IMG/VR virus record: IMGVR_UViG_2974597873_000001 | Coordinates: 48,524-112,523 of that record | Reading direction: 5' to 3' (one strand) | Source of the DNA: a virus | Taxonomy: Duplodnaviria > Caudoviricetes | DNA: 64,000 nucleotides | In this document: piece after piece, positions 10,471 to 20,866 of the stretch | Position numbering within the stretch: position 1 is the first letter of the stretch | Layout of the letters: each line of letters starts with the position of its first letter | Position numbers and translations under genes: made by a program | The notes under the pieces: model-generated | The model's database searches: none | What the model saw: the letters and a program-made list of their open reading frames with translations, nothing else | What the model was told of the DNA's origin: nothing

Positions 10471-10730
10471 CAGTTCTCCTTAGAATCGAAATTAACGATG
10501 CTGTCGTACTCAGCGTAGTAGCAGGAAACAACAGTACCACGCTCGCTGTCTCGCCACTCAGAAACCCAGTGGTCACCGTGAATGGACTTCTGCCACGAAA
10601 GAAGATCTTCGGGCTCCCACTCAGCGACAATAGCACAGGCACGCTCAAGTGAATCCGTGACGCCCAGGAAATCCTGAACAGTCGGCGCGTCTCCGTCAGA
10701 GTCTTCCTGCATGGTGTAGACGACGTACAT
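10470..10730 (-). CDS. hypothetical protein
   Basis: packed ORF, TGATG coupling. Confidence 0.6.
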   Translation of the reverse strand: MYVVYTMQEDSDGDAPTVQDFLGVTDSLERACAIVAEWEPEDLLSWQKSIHGDHWVSEWRDSERGTVVSCYYAEYDSIVNFDSKEN

Positions 10731-10965
10731 CAGAAACCCCCACCTTTCTTGATCTCGATGATTTCCTTGATTTCGCGGATAGGCCGCTTAAACTTACGAG
10801 CTACTTCCATGTACGGCTTGGGAAGGTAACCCTTGGCAACACCTCTACGGTACTCTCGGTTCCTTCGCAGGGACTTCCAGTATGCGTAGATTCTCTGCTC
10901 TTGTGCCACCTTATCTCCTAGTTACTCTTGCGTCTACTCTCTCGTATTCGAGAGGTTTGTGTCAA

Positions 10966-11238
10966 CTACGGAAGCGGAGGAAGCCCCGCTCTCCGTGGTC
11001 TGGTTACGTGCTGAACACTAGCACGTTCCACCTTCGTTCGCACAAGTCCGTGCACAATCCCCGCAACTGCTGCAACAGCAAGAGCGCTGAGGACTGCGAT
11101 GGGCAAGAAGCTAGCACCCACTGCAAGAGCTGTCAACAGTGGTAGTGTTGCCCACATCGGTACGCGCGGAAGCAAGTCGTAGGCGTACTCGTACACAGCA
11201 GACACGGCAAGGACAGACAGTCCCAGTTCAAGAATCAT
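10966..11238 (-). CDS. small membrane protein (holin-like)
   Basis: 2-3 hydrophobic helices and basic C-terminus; follows tail module; start trimmed to MILEL. Confidence 0.55.
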   Translation of the reverse strand: MILELGLSVLAVSAVYEYAYDLLPRVPMWATLPLLTALAVGASFLPIAVLSALAVAAVAGIVHGLVRTKVERASVQHVTRPRRAGLPPLP

Positions 11239-11278
11239 GTTGTTCCCTTCGTTGGTTGATGTCGCCACTGTACCAGAC

Positions 11279-11307
11279 TTGACGGCTCACGGGAAGCTGT
11301 GTATCCT
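11279..11307 (+). promoter_or_regulatory. sigma70/HrdB-type promoter TTGACG-N17-TATCCT facing the tail operon
   Basis: sequence match. Confidence 0.5.
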
Positions 11308-11321
11308 GTCTTTTAACAATT

Positions 11322-11369
11322 AATAAAAAACAAAATAGGGATATAGGTAATTAAACCTATATCCCTATT
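11322..11369 (-). terminator. intrinsic terminator ending the tail operon
   Basis: 14-bp perfect hairpin AATAGGGATATAGG/CCTATATCCCTATT followed by U-rich run on minus strand. Confidence 0.85.
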
Positions 11370-11374
11370 CCTAT

Positions 11375-13708
11375 TTAAGTAGGATCTGATGCATAAATGA
11401 TTTCGTATTTAGCACCAAGAGGAAGATTCTCTCTCACTACTGCATCAACTCTTTCTCTCTTGTGAGTAAGATCCTGATAGTAGTGACTACGCGACTGGTT
11501 GACAGTCCCTTCCCACAGGTAATCCCCGCTGGAGAAATTACCGTCAAAGAAATCTACCGGATCAAGGCTTTCCGTAACCATTACTGAATCCACCCAATAG
11601 CTATACGGAGCTGTGGCAGCCACATCGGCTACCGCCTGGTTAATCCAGATATGGAAATCTGGAAGGGCACCGCTAGGAATTACTAGCGATTGCTCAAGAC
11701 GCACCCACTCACCATCCACGTTATGTGGCTGACTTCCATTGGCAGTGAAGCTATACGTCAATCCGGTGCTCGTGTAACCGACACCGTTGGTGTCGTAGAA
11801 CTGCATTCGCATGTCCGGGCAGCCTGGTCCCTTTTTGATCCACGCGGAGAAGTTGTAACGAACTCCGATCTTAAGACCCTGAATCTGAGGCAATGCCCCG
11901 TTCCACACTCGGAAAGTACCTGGACCAAATCGTGCAGTTGGTGTCGCAGTAAACCCTCCACCAGGTTGCGTAACGTCCACGCGCAGAGATCCCAAACTCT
12001 TGTACCCAACGGTTGCATCCCAATTCGTTGTGTAAAGCTGGTTAAGATCTCCCGAAGTGCCAAATTGGAATCGTCCCCAACCATTAATGTTGGCGTTCAT
12101 TCCACCGTTAAAGATGTGGTTGACTCTGTCGGCTCGCACCTTGATATTTGCTTCACGTGGAGCCTCGAATGTAGAAGGAGAATTCGAAACATTTGGAGTA
12201 ATTCCCGTAATGAAATGATTATCCATCCAAATGAATTCGTTCTCCGCCACACCCGACCAAATGACCACTGGAATAATTGCGGCTCGGGTAGTACCCACAG
12301 CGACAGGAACTGTGTAAGTTCCTTGCTGCCATGTAGAATCCCCAGGATGCGTCAGCATGTGTGTAATGGTCGGGTTATTGTACGTAGCCGTAACAATTAC
12401 TCCCGCATCATTGAATTGCACAATGGCCGGGAACCACTGAAGTCCCGGTCTGTCCGCAGAAACATACACTGATCCACGAATTGTTTCTCCTTGCTTCACT
12501 GGAGCCTGAGCACCCTTAGAAGCATAGGGGAAATACACCTGAAGACCCGAGGTAATTGTTCTAGGAGATCCCGTAAGACCCGGGAAGAACATTCGACCTG
12601 AATTCTTACCCGAATAAGCACGTGTTACCGAACGAATCACTTGGCTACTGCCCCCAAGACCCGCAGAAGACTGCGGCTGGTACATACAGCGTTCCTGGTA
12701 AGATGCCCCGTCCAAGCCCAGACGGTTTCCGAAGTTATTGTTCTCTTCGAGTTGCACATTCATAAAGTACTGATATGTGGTGTCAGGAATGTTGGTCCAG
12801 TTTCCCGCCACAGCAGCGTAACGAGCAGGCTTCCAGTAAGACCCATCACGGTACACACCAGGAGCCGTAGCAGACAGCCACGGACGTCCTGTGGTGGTGT
12901 TGTTGACGTTGGTGTTCAACCCTCCCAGAACACGTGAGCGTGCAGGGTCAGGCTGTAGCCAGTCGGCAAAACCTAGGTCAGTAATTCCGCCACGAATGAT
13001 CTGAACAACAGGACCAGTTGTACCTACTGCTCCGGATTGCGCGAATCCGATAGCAGATAGAGTCTGAGGTTCTGTATTTCTGAGTTCCCCGGAACCATTG
13101 GACTGGCTGAATACCGTAGCGCTCATGGCAAACTGGGATGGGCGAAGGTTTACGTCCCCGAAGTAAACACGGTGAATACCTTCCTCACCGTCTTCAATGG
13201 ACCCGGCTACCACCAGTACGCTGACATTGTCGGACAGCCAAGGATATCCGATACGTCCTAGCTCTGTCCAGGTCTCCCCGTCAGTGGACGTCTCGAAGAA
13301 GAACGTAGTGCCTTCCTCGTCACGGATTCTCCAGAAGACATGAACATCAGGATCATAAGCCGGGAAAGGCGTATCCGGAATAAAGATTTCCTTATTCGCG
13401 GATAGGAAACCACGGAACTGACCAAGAGGTCCCACGTGCATTTGCACGTAGTCACTCGTGCTTGCCTGAATGATTACCGCAGTCTGCTGAAGACTTCCTT
13501 CAGCCGGAATGATTCTCAGACTGAAGGAAGAATTCGTAGCATCGTACAGTGAGGCACCCAGATAACTGGGAATAGTGGCAGCTTCTACAAATGTCAGATC
13601 TGTTTCCGGATCAAATCCATAAGTACCGCTCGCCATATTCCAAATGGTGTTACGAACATTTTCGCCTAGAAAGGCGTCCGTGATCGTATCCATTTTGATG
13701 TCACTCAT
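11375..13708 (-). CDS. minor tail / receptor-binding protein with carbohydrate-binding-like domains
   Basis: end of baseplate module; jelly-roll-type segments, FFDG...Y.W.GT.N.S.S motif. Confidence 0.7.
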   Translation of the reverse strand: MSDIKMDTITDAFLGENVRNTIWNMASGTYGFDPETDLTFVEAATIPSYLGASLYDATNSSFSLRIIPAEGSLQQTAVIIQASTSDYVQMHVGPLGQFRGFLSANKEIFIPDTPFPAYDPDVHVFWRIRDEEGTTFFFETSTDGETWTELGRIGYPWLSDNVSVLVVAGSIEDGEEGIHRVYFGDVNLRPSQFAMSATVFSQSNGSGELRNTEPQTLSAIGFAQSGAVGTTGPVVQIIRGGITDLGFADWLQPDPARSRVLGGLNTNVNNTTTGRPWLSATAPGVYRDGSYWKPARYAAVAGNWTNIPDTTYQYFMNVQLEENNNFGNRLGLDGASYQERCMYQPQSSAGLGGSSQVIRSVTRAYSGKNSGRMFFPGLTGSPRTITSGLQVYFPYASKGAQAPVKQGETIRGSVYVSADRPGLQWFPAIVQFNDAGVIVTATYNNPTITHMLTHPGDSTWQQGTYTVPVAVGTTRAAIIPVVIWSGVAENEFIWMDNHFITGITPNVSNSPSTFEAPREANIKVRADRVNHIFNGGMNANINGWGRFQFGTSGDLNQLYTTNWDATVGYKSLGSLRVDVTQPGGGFTATPTARFGPGTFRVWNGALPQIQGLKIGVRYNFSAWIKKGPGCPDMRMQFYDTNGVGYTSTGLTYSFTANGSQPHNVDGEWVRLEQSLVIPSGALPDFHIWINQAVADVAATAPYSYWVDSVMVTESLDPVDFFDGNFSSGDYLWEGTVNQSRSHYYQDLTHKRERVDAVVRENLPLGAKYEIIYASDPT

Positions 13709-16084
13709 TTATACTCCAAGTGCGTAGCGTTGAATAATTCCATAACCGGATACAGGTGAACCAAGTGTAGAGTCCGGTACGTCCGCCAGAAGCGAAACAT
13801 CCTCACCAGCGTTGTGGTTGGGACTACGGAAGTACTTCTCCACAGTTACTCGGTTGTTGAGAATGGTAATACGCACGCGATCCCAGTCAGAAATTCTAGG
13901 CCATGTGGCCTTAACTGTTTCTACGCCTCCGTTGTAAAGAACAAGACGAGTTCTGGTCATGAACCAGAAATTAGTTCCTGTTCTACGGAATAGCACTCCA
14001 TTCTCGTAGTTTGTTGTGTCCTCGTAATCCACACCGTACGTAAATGCAAGGACTGCATTATCACGAGTGTCAGCCAAGTGGATGTAGGTGTACTTTGGCT
14101 TTGACCCAAGGGCCTGGAAGGCTTCTGGATTGACTCGCGCCTGCCCATACACAGATTCCCACAGGGTGGTTGCCACAGGGACTCCTACCCACGCCTGACC
14201 AAGCTGATTGTCCGTGTTTCCATTCAAGTTCGCGTAGTCAGAATCGAAACGAACAAACTGTGTAGCTGCTGTAGGAAGACGAGACTGGTGCATCTCATTC
14301 CCGTCGTCGTCATACCAAATGATATTGCTATTGGCTTGGACGTTAGTAGCACTGGTCATACGACGAGAATAGTGAGAAGACGTAAATGCTTGCTCCGCCG
14401 GTCTGTCGTACTGCCACACCAGATTAGACGTGTAAGATCCGGAAGGTTGATAGTTTAGCGTATCTGCCAGGGCGATGTAAATCTTTCCGTTGTACTCAAC
14501 TTCCTCACCAGACTTGAATTCGAATACGGTGTTCCATTTCTTTACCAGAGGAAGAGGAATGGTGTCCTTGACAAACTGTGCTCTACCCGCAGGACCAAAA
14601 TCCAGGTAAGTTTCGAATACCCAGAAAGCATCATTTGTACCAGGATTAATAGGACCGTAAGGAGTGCCAGGACCCGAAGGCTTCACTGCTCTATAGTAAA
14701 TCAGACCTACTGTGACGTAGTTATTGGTCACGTAATTAGTAGCGTTGCTCCAAGGAGAGGCAGTAATTCTTCCTACTGATTGCAATCCCGTGATACCCGT
14801 AATAGGGGTACCGGTAACTGCTCGATACGCCAAACCATTCGTAGTAAAGTCTCCACCAACAAGAGGGTTGAGTACCCCGTGAATTTGGAAATACTCAGCC
14901 GTGTACGTACCCGCTGGACCAAAGAACCCTCCCACCCAAGTGGAAACACCACGAGTCATAGGATTGCCAAGGGTTACATCCTCCAGGACATTAAGCTGTA
15001 CTTGCCAGTTACCGTCAGATGTGCCACCACCCGGAGGAGCGGATGTTGTGGTAGAAGCAAGACACTTGTACTGGTATCCGTTGTAACGCACAAAGTCGTT
15101 CAAGAAGTAACGATTGCCGCTCTTCCAATCGGGATACTTAATGCTCTCAAACATCGCCTGATCCGCATTAAGCATCTTGTTGTAACCAATTTCAATGTCA
15201 GAAGTCCATCCGGTAACAGAAGCAATAGCGTTGTAAATGCTTTGCTCTGTCCCCTTTAGTCGGTAATTGGTAGAGATGTTTCTTACACGGGCACGGCGAA
15301 GACGTGGAGAAGAAATGTAATCCGTTTCAAGACCGAATTGTCTACCAAGCTTTTCCAGATTGGCAGCCGACACGTAATCCGGATCGTTAAGGAGAAGCAA
15401 GTTATCGTACTCAGTCTTGATGTCGTTAAGCGCAAATCCGAATAGGGACAAGTACTTGAACAACATCGGATTATCGATATCGATATTCGCGAACAGATCC
15501 GACGTGACAATCTTATAAGGCTGAGGCGTACGGTTGTAGAGTCTTTCCGTGTACTTCTGATCCTTAATCGCCAAGGCAGCCGTCGTACCAGCCGGATACC
15601 ACTGAGGCTTGTACGTCGTGCCTACCCAGAATCCTGAGCCCTGCACAGGCTCATGTCCCGCATTTCCCTCAGAGATACACAGCCAGTAAATACCGTCATT
15701 AAGAACGACAGCACCTTCAGGATACTCCGTGAAGCTTGACCAGTCGGGCGCCTCCTGGCTCATAAACACTGTGTAGTAGTAGATGTAACCCTGAGCCAAT
15801 CCAACGTCCTCAAAGGACGTACGGATGCTTTCCATGGTTGCTTCCAGTACAACGGTTCCGTCATCAGGAGTAGATGGGTAACCGTCAGTGTTACGAACCA
15901 GGCGTAGACGACGCCAGTCTTCGTCCTTGGGGGACTGCCAGGAAAGGGACAGTCTTCCATAATCAGTTTGCGAGATAAGAACAGGCTCGACACTATACGT
16001 ACGCTGCTGGGACGCGCCATACAGAATCGTTCCGTAAATGTCTACTCCATAGCCTGTGCTACCCGGAGCTGTAGGTGTACTCAT
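13709..16084 (-). CDS. baseplate wedge/tail protein with CBM5/12-like repeats
   Basis: YRLKGT...I..VTGW (gpI-like); four W-x5-Y/F-x4-V repeats resembling chitin-binding modules. Confidence 0.7.
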   Translation of the reverse strand: MSTPTAPGSTGYGVDIYGTILYGASQQRTYSVEPVLISQTDYGRLSLSWQSPKDEDWRRLRLVRNTDGYPSTPDDGTVVLEATMESIRTSFEDVGLAQGYIYYYTVFMSQEAPDWSSFTEYPEGAVVLNDGIYWLCISEGNAGHEPVQGSGFWVGTTYKPQWYPAGTTAALAIKDQKYTERLYNRTPQPYKIVTSDLFANIDIDNPMLFKYLSLFGFALNDIKTEYDNLLLLNDPDYVSAANLEKLGRQFGLETDYISSPRLRRARVRNISTNYRLKGTEQSIYNAIASVTGWTSDIEIGYNKMLNADQAMFESIKYPDWKSGNRYFLNDFVRYNGYQYKCLASTTTSAPPGGGTSDGNWQVQLNVLEDVTLGNPMTRGVSTWVGGFFGPAGTYTAEYFQIHGVLNPLVGGDFTTNGLAYRAVTGTPITGITGLQSVGRITASPWSNATNYVTNNYVTVGLIYYRAVKPSGPGTPYGPINPGTNDAFWVFETYLDFGPAGRAQFVKDTIPLPLVKKWNTVFEFKSGEEVEYNGKIYIALADTLNYQPSGSYTSNLVWQYDRPAEQAFTSSHYSRRMTSATNVQANSNIIWYDDDGNEMHQSRLPTAATQFVRFDSDYANLNGNTDNQLGQAWVGVPVATTLWESVYGQARVNPEAFQALGSKPKYTYIHLADTRDNAVLAFTYGVDYEDTTNYENGVLFRRTGTNFWFMTRTRLVLYNGGVETVKATWPRISDWDRVRITILNNRVTVEKYFRSPNHNAGEDVSLLADVPDSTLGSPVSGYGIIQRYALGV

Positions 16085-16102
16085 CCTCTTCCTTTCCTGA
16101 CA

Positions 16103-16783
16103 TTACAAATTGTTAGCCGTTGGTGGATCACGGTGGTAGACCGCCGTAAGCCACGCTGTTGCCCAGAAGGTTCCCTTCGTCTGTACCTTCTGAAGAATCT
16201 GGAGCTGCATTCCAGTTCCCTTTGTCCAGTACATAAAGGCACTACAGTTATCTCTGTTGAATTCCCTCCAACCATTCGGGTAATACGTACCCTGACCGCT
16301 GGAAAGCCCAATAGTGTTTGGAGGAGCGAAACCAACCTCCACCTTTCCAGAACGATCAAATGCTGGAATAGCACTGATTGTCAGGGCGTCGTCCTTGTGC
16401 CAGCGTGCGTACGCCGTAATGGTGTACCAACCAGTACGAGGACATGTGATGGTGTTACCACTCGTCCAAGCTCCGTGAGTATCAACTTGCTTACTCGTGA
16501 AGTTCGGACGTGTGATCTTTCCGAAAGGAACCTTGAAGTCCGTGGCAGTAACACGAACCATCGGGGTGGATACACCTCTGCGTACAGCAGTGATGCGATC
16601 CTTTACGGTAGGCCAGGACTTTGTCTGACCATCAATTGAATCTGTTTGAGGCATAGCGCCAAGAGTTCTTTGCAACGCAGTGACTTCGTCGTATGCCTGG
16701 TTAACATCCCCGGCATCAACAATCATCGTGTAATTCTGGCGCTGACTAAAACTCTTTACCGCTGTAGGGTAAACCGCAGCCAT
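16103..16783 (-). CDS. minor tail protein
   Basis: position between baseplate J and wedge; A.DVN...EV.A.Q..LG motif. Confidence 0.6.
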   Translation of the reverse strand: MAAVYPTAVKSFSQRQNYTMIVDAGDVNQAYDEVTALQRTLGAMPQTDSIDGQTKSWPTVKDRITAVRRGVSTPMVRVTATDFKVPFGKITRPNFTSKQVDTHGAWTSGNTITCPRTGWYTITAYARWHKDDALTISAIPAFDRSGKVEVGFAPPNTIGLSSGQGTYYPNGWREFNRDNCSAFMYWTKGTGMQLQILQKVQTKGTFWATAWLTAVYHRDPPTANNL

Positions 16784-16795
16784 TGTTTCTCCTTA

Positions 16796-18313
16796 TCAAG
16801 CCGTGGAAGTAGTCACTGTAATGGTACCGCTTTTCGGAATCTCCCAATCGCGGGCGAAGATATCCGAGACGCTGGTAGCAAAATCAGCACGTGTCATTGT
16901 GGTAACAGTCACGTAGGAAACTCCAGGAATAGCATTGATGGTGGAGTACACGAGGCTGACAGGAATACGCATTCCTAGTGTTGTGGCAGACGCCTCGAAC
17001 AATCCTTGAATAGCCTGCGTCACACGTAGCTTCATCGCGTCGGCATTGAAGCGAGCTTCACAACCCACGTTCACGGTGATGTTCACATTGAACGTAGAAG
17101 CGGCCTGAGCGGTCACTGTAGCGCCTACCATAGCGCGCTCCTGTAGATACCTCGTCGTCACGTCCAAAAGCCCCTGAGTGGGGATTGTGTTGCCTGTGGC
17201 AAGGCAATAGACCGTGACGTTGTTGTAGTTGTTCGCAATAGCCTTTGCTTGGCTAATGGACGCCACACCCAAAGCAAGGTCACCGAAATCCTGCAAGGTA
17301 ACCGCGCGGTTCTGTGTGCGGTAAGCACGAGGAGCATTGTTACGGATCTGATCGATAGTCTCCGCGTCTGCTCCACCTGTCATGGCTGTGGAGGACGCCA
17401 CGCTTACACCGGCAACAGCGGAAGCAATGTCCACTACTTGATTGGCAGCCAAGTTACCGAGAACTCCACCACCTACACGGTAACCGGCGTATACGTTAAG
17501 TCCTGCGGCTGGTACAGCACCGTTGATGTTGTCACCGAAATTGATAGTGACAACGCCATCCTCATCTGTAGAAGACGTCCATACCGTGTCGGTATCCACA
17601 GCGTCCATCAGGGTTGAAACTTCAAACCACTGAGTAACAGGGTCTGAGGTATTGGTCAGGGAATCCGGATTGTAACTAGGATTCTCTACCCATACCGTAA
17701 TAGATCCACCTACTACAGGATTGTTCTCCAAGGAGAATGACTGCAAGATCGTGCCGTCAGAAATTCCCAGAGGCTCCACAAGCAATGTGAATGTATTGCC
17801 CGTGAAGATTCCCATGTCGAAAGAAGTAGTTCCTTGGGTCTCACCTTGAATCACATTTACCGGAGCGGTACCACCAGCGGAAGGAACGGTGACGTCAGCC
17901 ACAGTCTCAAATACGATAGGAGCACCAAGGGACGTAACGAATACGGTAGTAACCTGTGTACCCGAAGGAACCACAATGGAATCAGTCTGTGTGTCGTCCG
18001 TCTGGAAAGTAACCGTTCCGGTAGACGCAATAGGCTGTCCCGGTACGTATCCCAACAATGTTGCCAAACGAATCACAGAGGACAACTGTGTGGCTGTGCT
18101 GATGTACGCCTCAGCCACCGTGCGGTCACCGTAGTAGGACAACACGTCCATCTCACGCGCGAAGGATTCCAGAAGCATCATTTCCAAACCACCAGGGTTC
18201 TGGTTTGACCATTCCGGGAATGCCAGAGTCGCGTATTCCAGCATAGAATCCATAAAGCCCTGGTAGTCCTTGGACGTGTAATCCACGCTCAAGCCAGGAT
18301 TAACACTAGCCAT
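16796..18313 (-). CDS. baseplate J-like wedge protein
   Basis: DYTSKDY, GGADAETIDQIR..AP, RAVT..D. Confidence 0.92.
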   Translation of the reverse strand: MASVNPGLSVDYTSKDYQGFMDSMLEYATLAFPEWSNQNPGGLEMMLLESFAREMDVLSYYGDRTVAEAYISTATQLSSVIRLATLLGYVPGQPIASTGTVTFQTDDTQTDSIVVPSGTQVTTVFVTSLGAPIVFETVADVTVPSAGGTAPVNVIQGETQGTTSFDMGIFTGNTFTLLVEPLGISDGTILQSFSLENNPVVGGSITVWVENPSYNPDSLTNTSDPVTQWFEVSTLMDAVDTDTVWTSSTDEDGVVTINFGDNINGAVPAAGLNVYAGYRVGGGVLGNLAANQVVDIASAVAGVSVASSTAMTGGADAETIDQIRNNAPRAYRTQNRAVTLQDFGDLALGVASISQAKAIANNYNNVTVYCLATGNTIPTQGLLDVTTRYLQERAMVGATVTAQAASTFNVNITVNVGCEARFNADAMKLRVTQAIQGLFEASATTLGMRIPVSLVYSTINAIPGVSYVTVTTMTRADFATSVSDIFARDWEIPKSGTITVTTSTA

Positions 18314-18719
18314 TTACTGATACCTCTTTCACAGTTCCTCCAACACGGATAACAGCCGCGTCAGAAACTACACGGGCTGGGGATGCTTGTAGCAGCGGAG
18401 CAAATTCAATATCCAAAGATGCCACACCATCATTAGCCTCGGAGGTAACAGGAACAATTGCCGTAACAACCGTACCGGGTTCGAATTTACCCATCTGGTC
18501 AGTAACCAATTGTCGAAGCTCTGTGTCCACCAGGCTGTCACCTACACCAAACAACATGCGCGACAACGGAATACCCATGTCAGCACGCATGGCTCTTTGA
18601 CCAGGCTCGGTACCGACAATGGCTCTTACTCGCTGAGAGGTTTGCTTGTCGATATCTGTTTCAGTTTGTACTGCCCCATTCTCCATAAGGGTAAATGGGA
18701 TTGTCATTTGTGTACCCAT
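18306..18719 (-). CDS. baseplate wedge / sheath initiator (gp25/GPW-like)
   Basis: T.PGQR.MR.D.G, FEP motif. Confidence 0.85.
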   Translation of the reverse strand: MGTQMTIPFTLMENGAVQTETDIDKQTSQRVRAIVGTEPGQRAMRADMGIPLSRMLFGVGDSLVDTELRQLVTDQMGKFEPGTVVTAIVPVTSEANDGVASLDIEFAPLLQASPARVVSDAAVIRVGGTVKEVSVNG

Positions 18720-18727
18720 AGGATCTC

Positions 18728-19360
18728 CTACTTGGTGAATCGGATGCCGTGAAAGCTGACAAAGGTGGTTTGGATAAAAGCACTTCCAAGGAGTACGACA
18801 TTTCCGTTGTTGTTAATATCTACCTTGATGCTATGGTTTGCGACCTGCGTAGTGGCATTTGCGTAAGTGTTCTGCGCAATAGGAGTCGTTCTACGCACGG
18901 AAGGACGATTACCCAGAGGAAGCTGAAACACAACACCACCGTTAGGGATAAGGAAGTTAGGAAAAGTTCCTGTGGATGCCACGGTTGCGGCTCCTCGGAA
19001 TTCGAGCCAAGTCTGTCCTTGCACAGTGTATTCAGCCCATTCCACGTTTCCGGAGGCATTACCGTTATGCGTAAAACCCGTTTGCAACGGTGCCAAATTC
19101 CACGTAACGGTAGGCTCCACAGGATTAGGTGTTTCAGTAGCGGGAAGGTACACAGGCTTATTGATGTAACCACCGTTAAACATCACCCAAAGAATCGTCC
19201 CCACCGTAGGCAAGGGAAGCACAGGATTAACTGGTTCTACCCAGTCAAGCTCTGCGCTTCCCGATACCTGCGGAACCTTTACCCTGATTCTTTTCTTGTT
19301 CTGCGGATCAGCGGTATTGGTAACGATCGCTCGGTAGATACCCGTTAGATCATCTTGCAT
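18728..19360 (-). CDS. baseplate spike (Gp5/GpV OB-fold)
   Basis: GIYRAIV...DP...RIRVKVP, LP.VG..WV.F.GG...PV. Confidence 0.85.
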   Translation of the reverse strand: MQDDLTGIYRAIVTNTADPQNKKRIRVKVPQVSGSAELDWVEPVNPVLPLPTVGTILWVMFNGGYINKPVYLPATETPNPVEPTVTWNLAPLQTGFTHNGNASGNVEWAEYTVQGQTWLEFRGAATVASTGTFPNFLIPNGGVVFQLPLGNRPSVRRTTPIAQNTYANATTQVANHSIKVDINNNGNVVLLGSAFIQTTFVSFHGIRFTK

Positions 19361-20585
19361 TTCTGATTGCTCCGATGTTCGTAGACTTCCACACACCGTT
19401 TACCAACTTTGGAGGGATAGTCTTAGCCGATGCTGCGGTGCGAGATGGTTGCTTAGCCTGCAAAATAAATGATTGGTTTCTCGTCAATTCCATGTCAATT
19501 CTGTACGTGGAACTTCTGATATTTCCAGAACGAGCGGGCTTCGTCAGATTATGTACCGCTTTCTTTACCAGCCATACGCCTGCGTCATCTTCCGGAATAC
19601 CGGTACCAACCAACTGAACCATGTTGTTAGGCTTTACCCGGCTGTCTCCGATAACAGTTGCCTTAGCTTCCACCCAGTACTGATTGATAACGGTGTACGC
19701 GTTCAATCTCTGCTGTGCTTCCGCGTAAGACTCCACGGGGAAACCCACGTACTGGTCAAGCACTGGGGCCGTAGTACCTTGCTCAAAAGCCTGGTACAAG
19801 TCATAACCTTGCTTAGCATTTACGTAGAATCCTGTGGAGGGGTTTAGCCCACCCATGGTACGGCTCGCAATGTAGTTGTGTTCCGTAGTAGTACCCACAG
19901 TAGGAATGAATTCCTCCAACGTATCCTTGATACCTGGATTGCTGTAACGCCAGAACTGTGGAACATCTCTAGAGCCCGGAGAAGAACCCATAACGATGTT
20001 GGGATTTACGAAATACAAATCTGTGTTATCCACATAGAACTTGTATCCGATCTCGTCCGCCAAAGCCTTGAGGAACTTGAAGTCGCTAAGGTTCTGTAGA
20101 CGATAATCGTACGCAGTTCTCACCGGGTGTACTACAGCTCTAAGTCCATTCTTGGCTGCCACAGCAGAAGCAATAGATGTAGGGCTGTAATTCTTCCACG
20201 CTTTGTTAACAGTTGACTGCATCTTCCACGTCGTACCCGTAATGGTGTAACGCACTGTATTAACAATGGTACCTGAATATACGGGATCTTTGGAAGTCTG
20301 CATTACCGCGTGGGACGTTACATAACCCAAAGCTGTGGTAGTGGCGCTTGGGTAGTTCCCGTACGTAATACGTACGGGAGTACCCTCACGCAGATAAGAC
20401 CAACTGGTACGTGCTTTCGCATTACCACGGGAAGCACCAGGACCGGTGTACTGAACGTCCATGGTCATGATTGTGTGCTTTCCGTATTCCTGGATAAGTT
20501 GTACAGCAGACACGAAGAAGTTGAAAGGCTTGTTGTTAACGTCCACCGCGTAGTAGGCAGTGGAGGGCATACGGTTAAGAAACAC
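19350..20585 (-). CDS. baseplate hub (gp27/GpD-like)
   Basis: Q..SD..FL..LA..IGY, G.W.V....H motifs. Confidence 0.8.
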   Translation of the reverse strand: MFLNRMPSTAYYAVDVNNKPFNFFVSAVQLIQEYGKHTIMTMDVQYTGPGASRGNAKARTSWSYLREGTPVRITYGNYPSATTTALGYVTSHAVMQTSKDPVYSGTIVNTVRYTITGTTWKMQSTVNKAWKNYSPTSIASAVAAKNGLRAVVHPVRTAYDYRLQNLSDFKFLKALADEIGYKFYVDNTDLYFVNPNIVMGSSPGSRDVPQFWRYSNPGIKDTLEEFIPTVGTTTEHNYIASRTMGGLNPSTGFYVNAKQGYDLYQAFEQGTTAPVLDQYVGFPVESYAEAQQRLNAYTVINQYWVEAKATVIGDSRVKPNNMVQLVGTGIPEDDAGVWLVKKAVHNLTKPARSGNIRSSTYRIDMELTRNQSFILQAKQPSRTAASAKTIPPKLVNGVWKSTNIGAIRNAR

Positions 20586-20856
20586 TTGGCACTCTCACTT
20601 TCGTTCCGCGCGGTAGATCATTCCAATAAAGGATTTCAGGATTAGCGTCAGCGATAATCCACCAAGCCGTCTCATCTCCATATGCGGACCACGACAGATA
20701 CTCAATCTGATCCTCGTCTTGCCACGTATACGTACTGAAACGGATTCGCAATTCGTCAGGTGGCTCGATGATGATTGTGGTTCTAGTGGTTCCTGTAATG
20801 TCCGTGATAGCTTTTACGTCGTTCTGTGCATAACGACTACTTGCGTCAATAGGCAT
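20575..20856 (-). CDS. LysM / tail-X-like baseplate protein
   Basis: YGD...WW.IADANP. Confidence 0.8.
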   Translation of the reverse strand: MPIDASSRYAQNDVKAITDITGTTRTTIIIEPPDELRIRFSTYTWQDEDQIEYLSWSAYGDETAWWIIADANPEILYWNDLPRGTKVRVPSVS

Positions 20857-20866
20857 AATCAGAATC

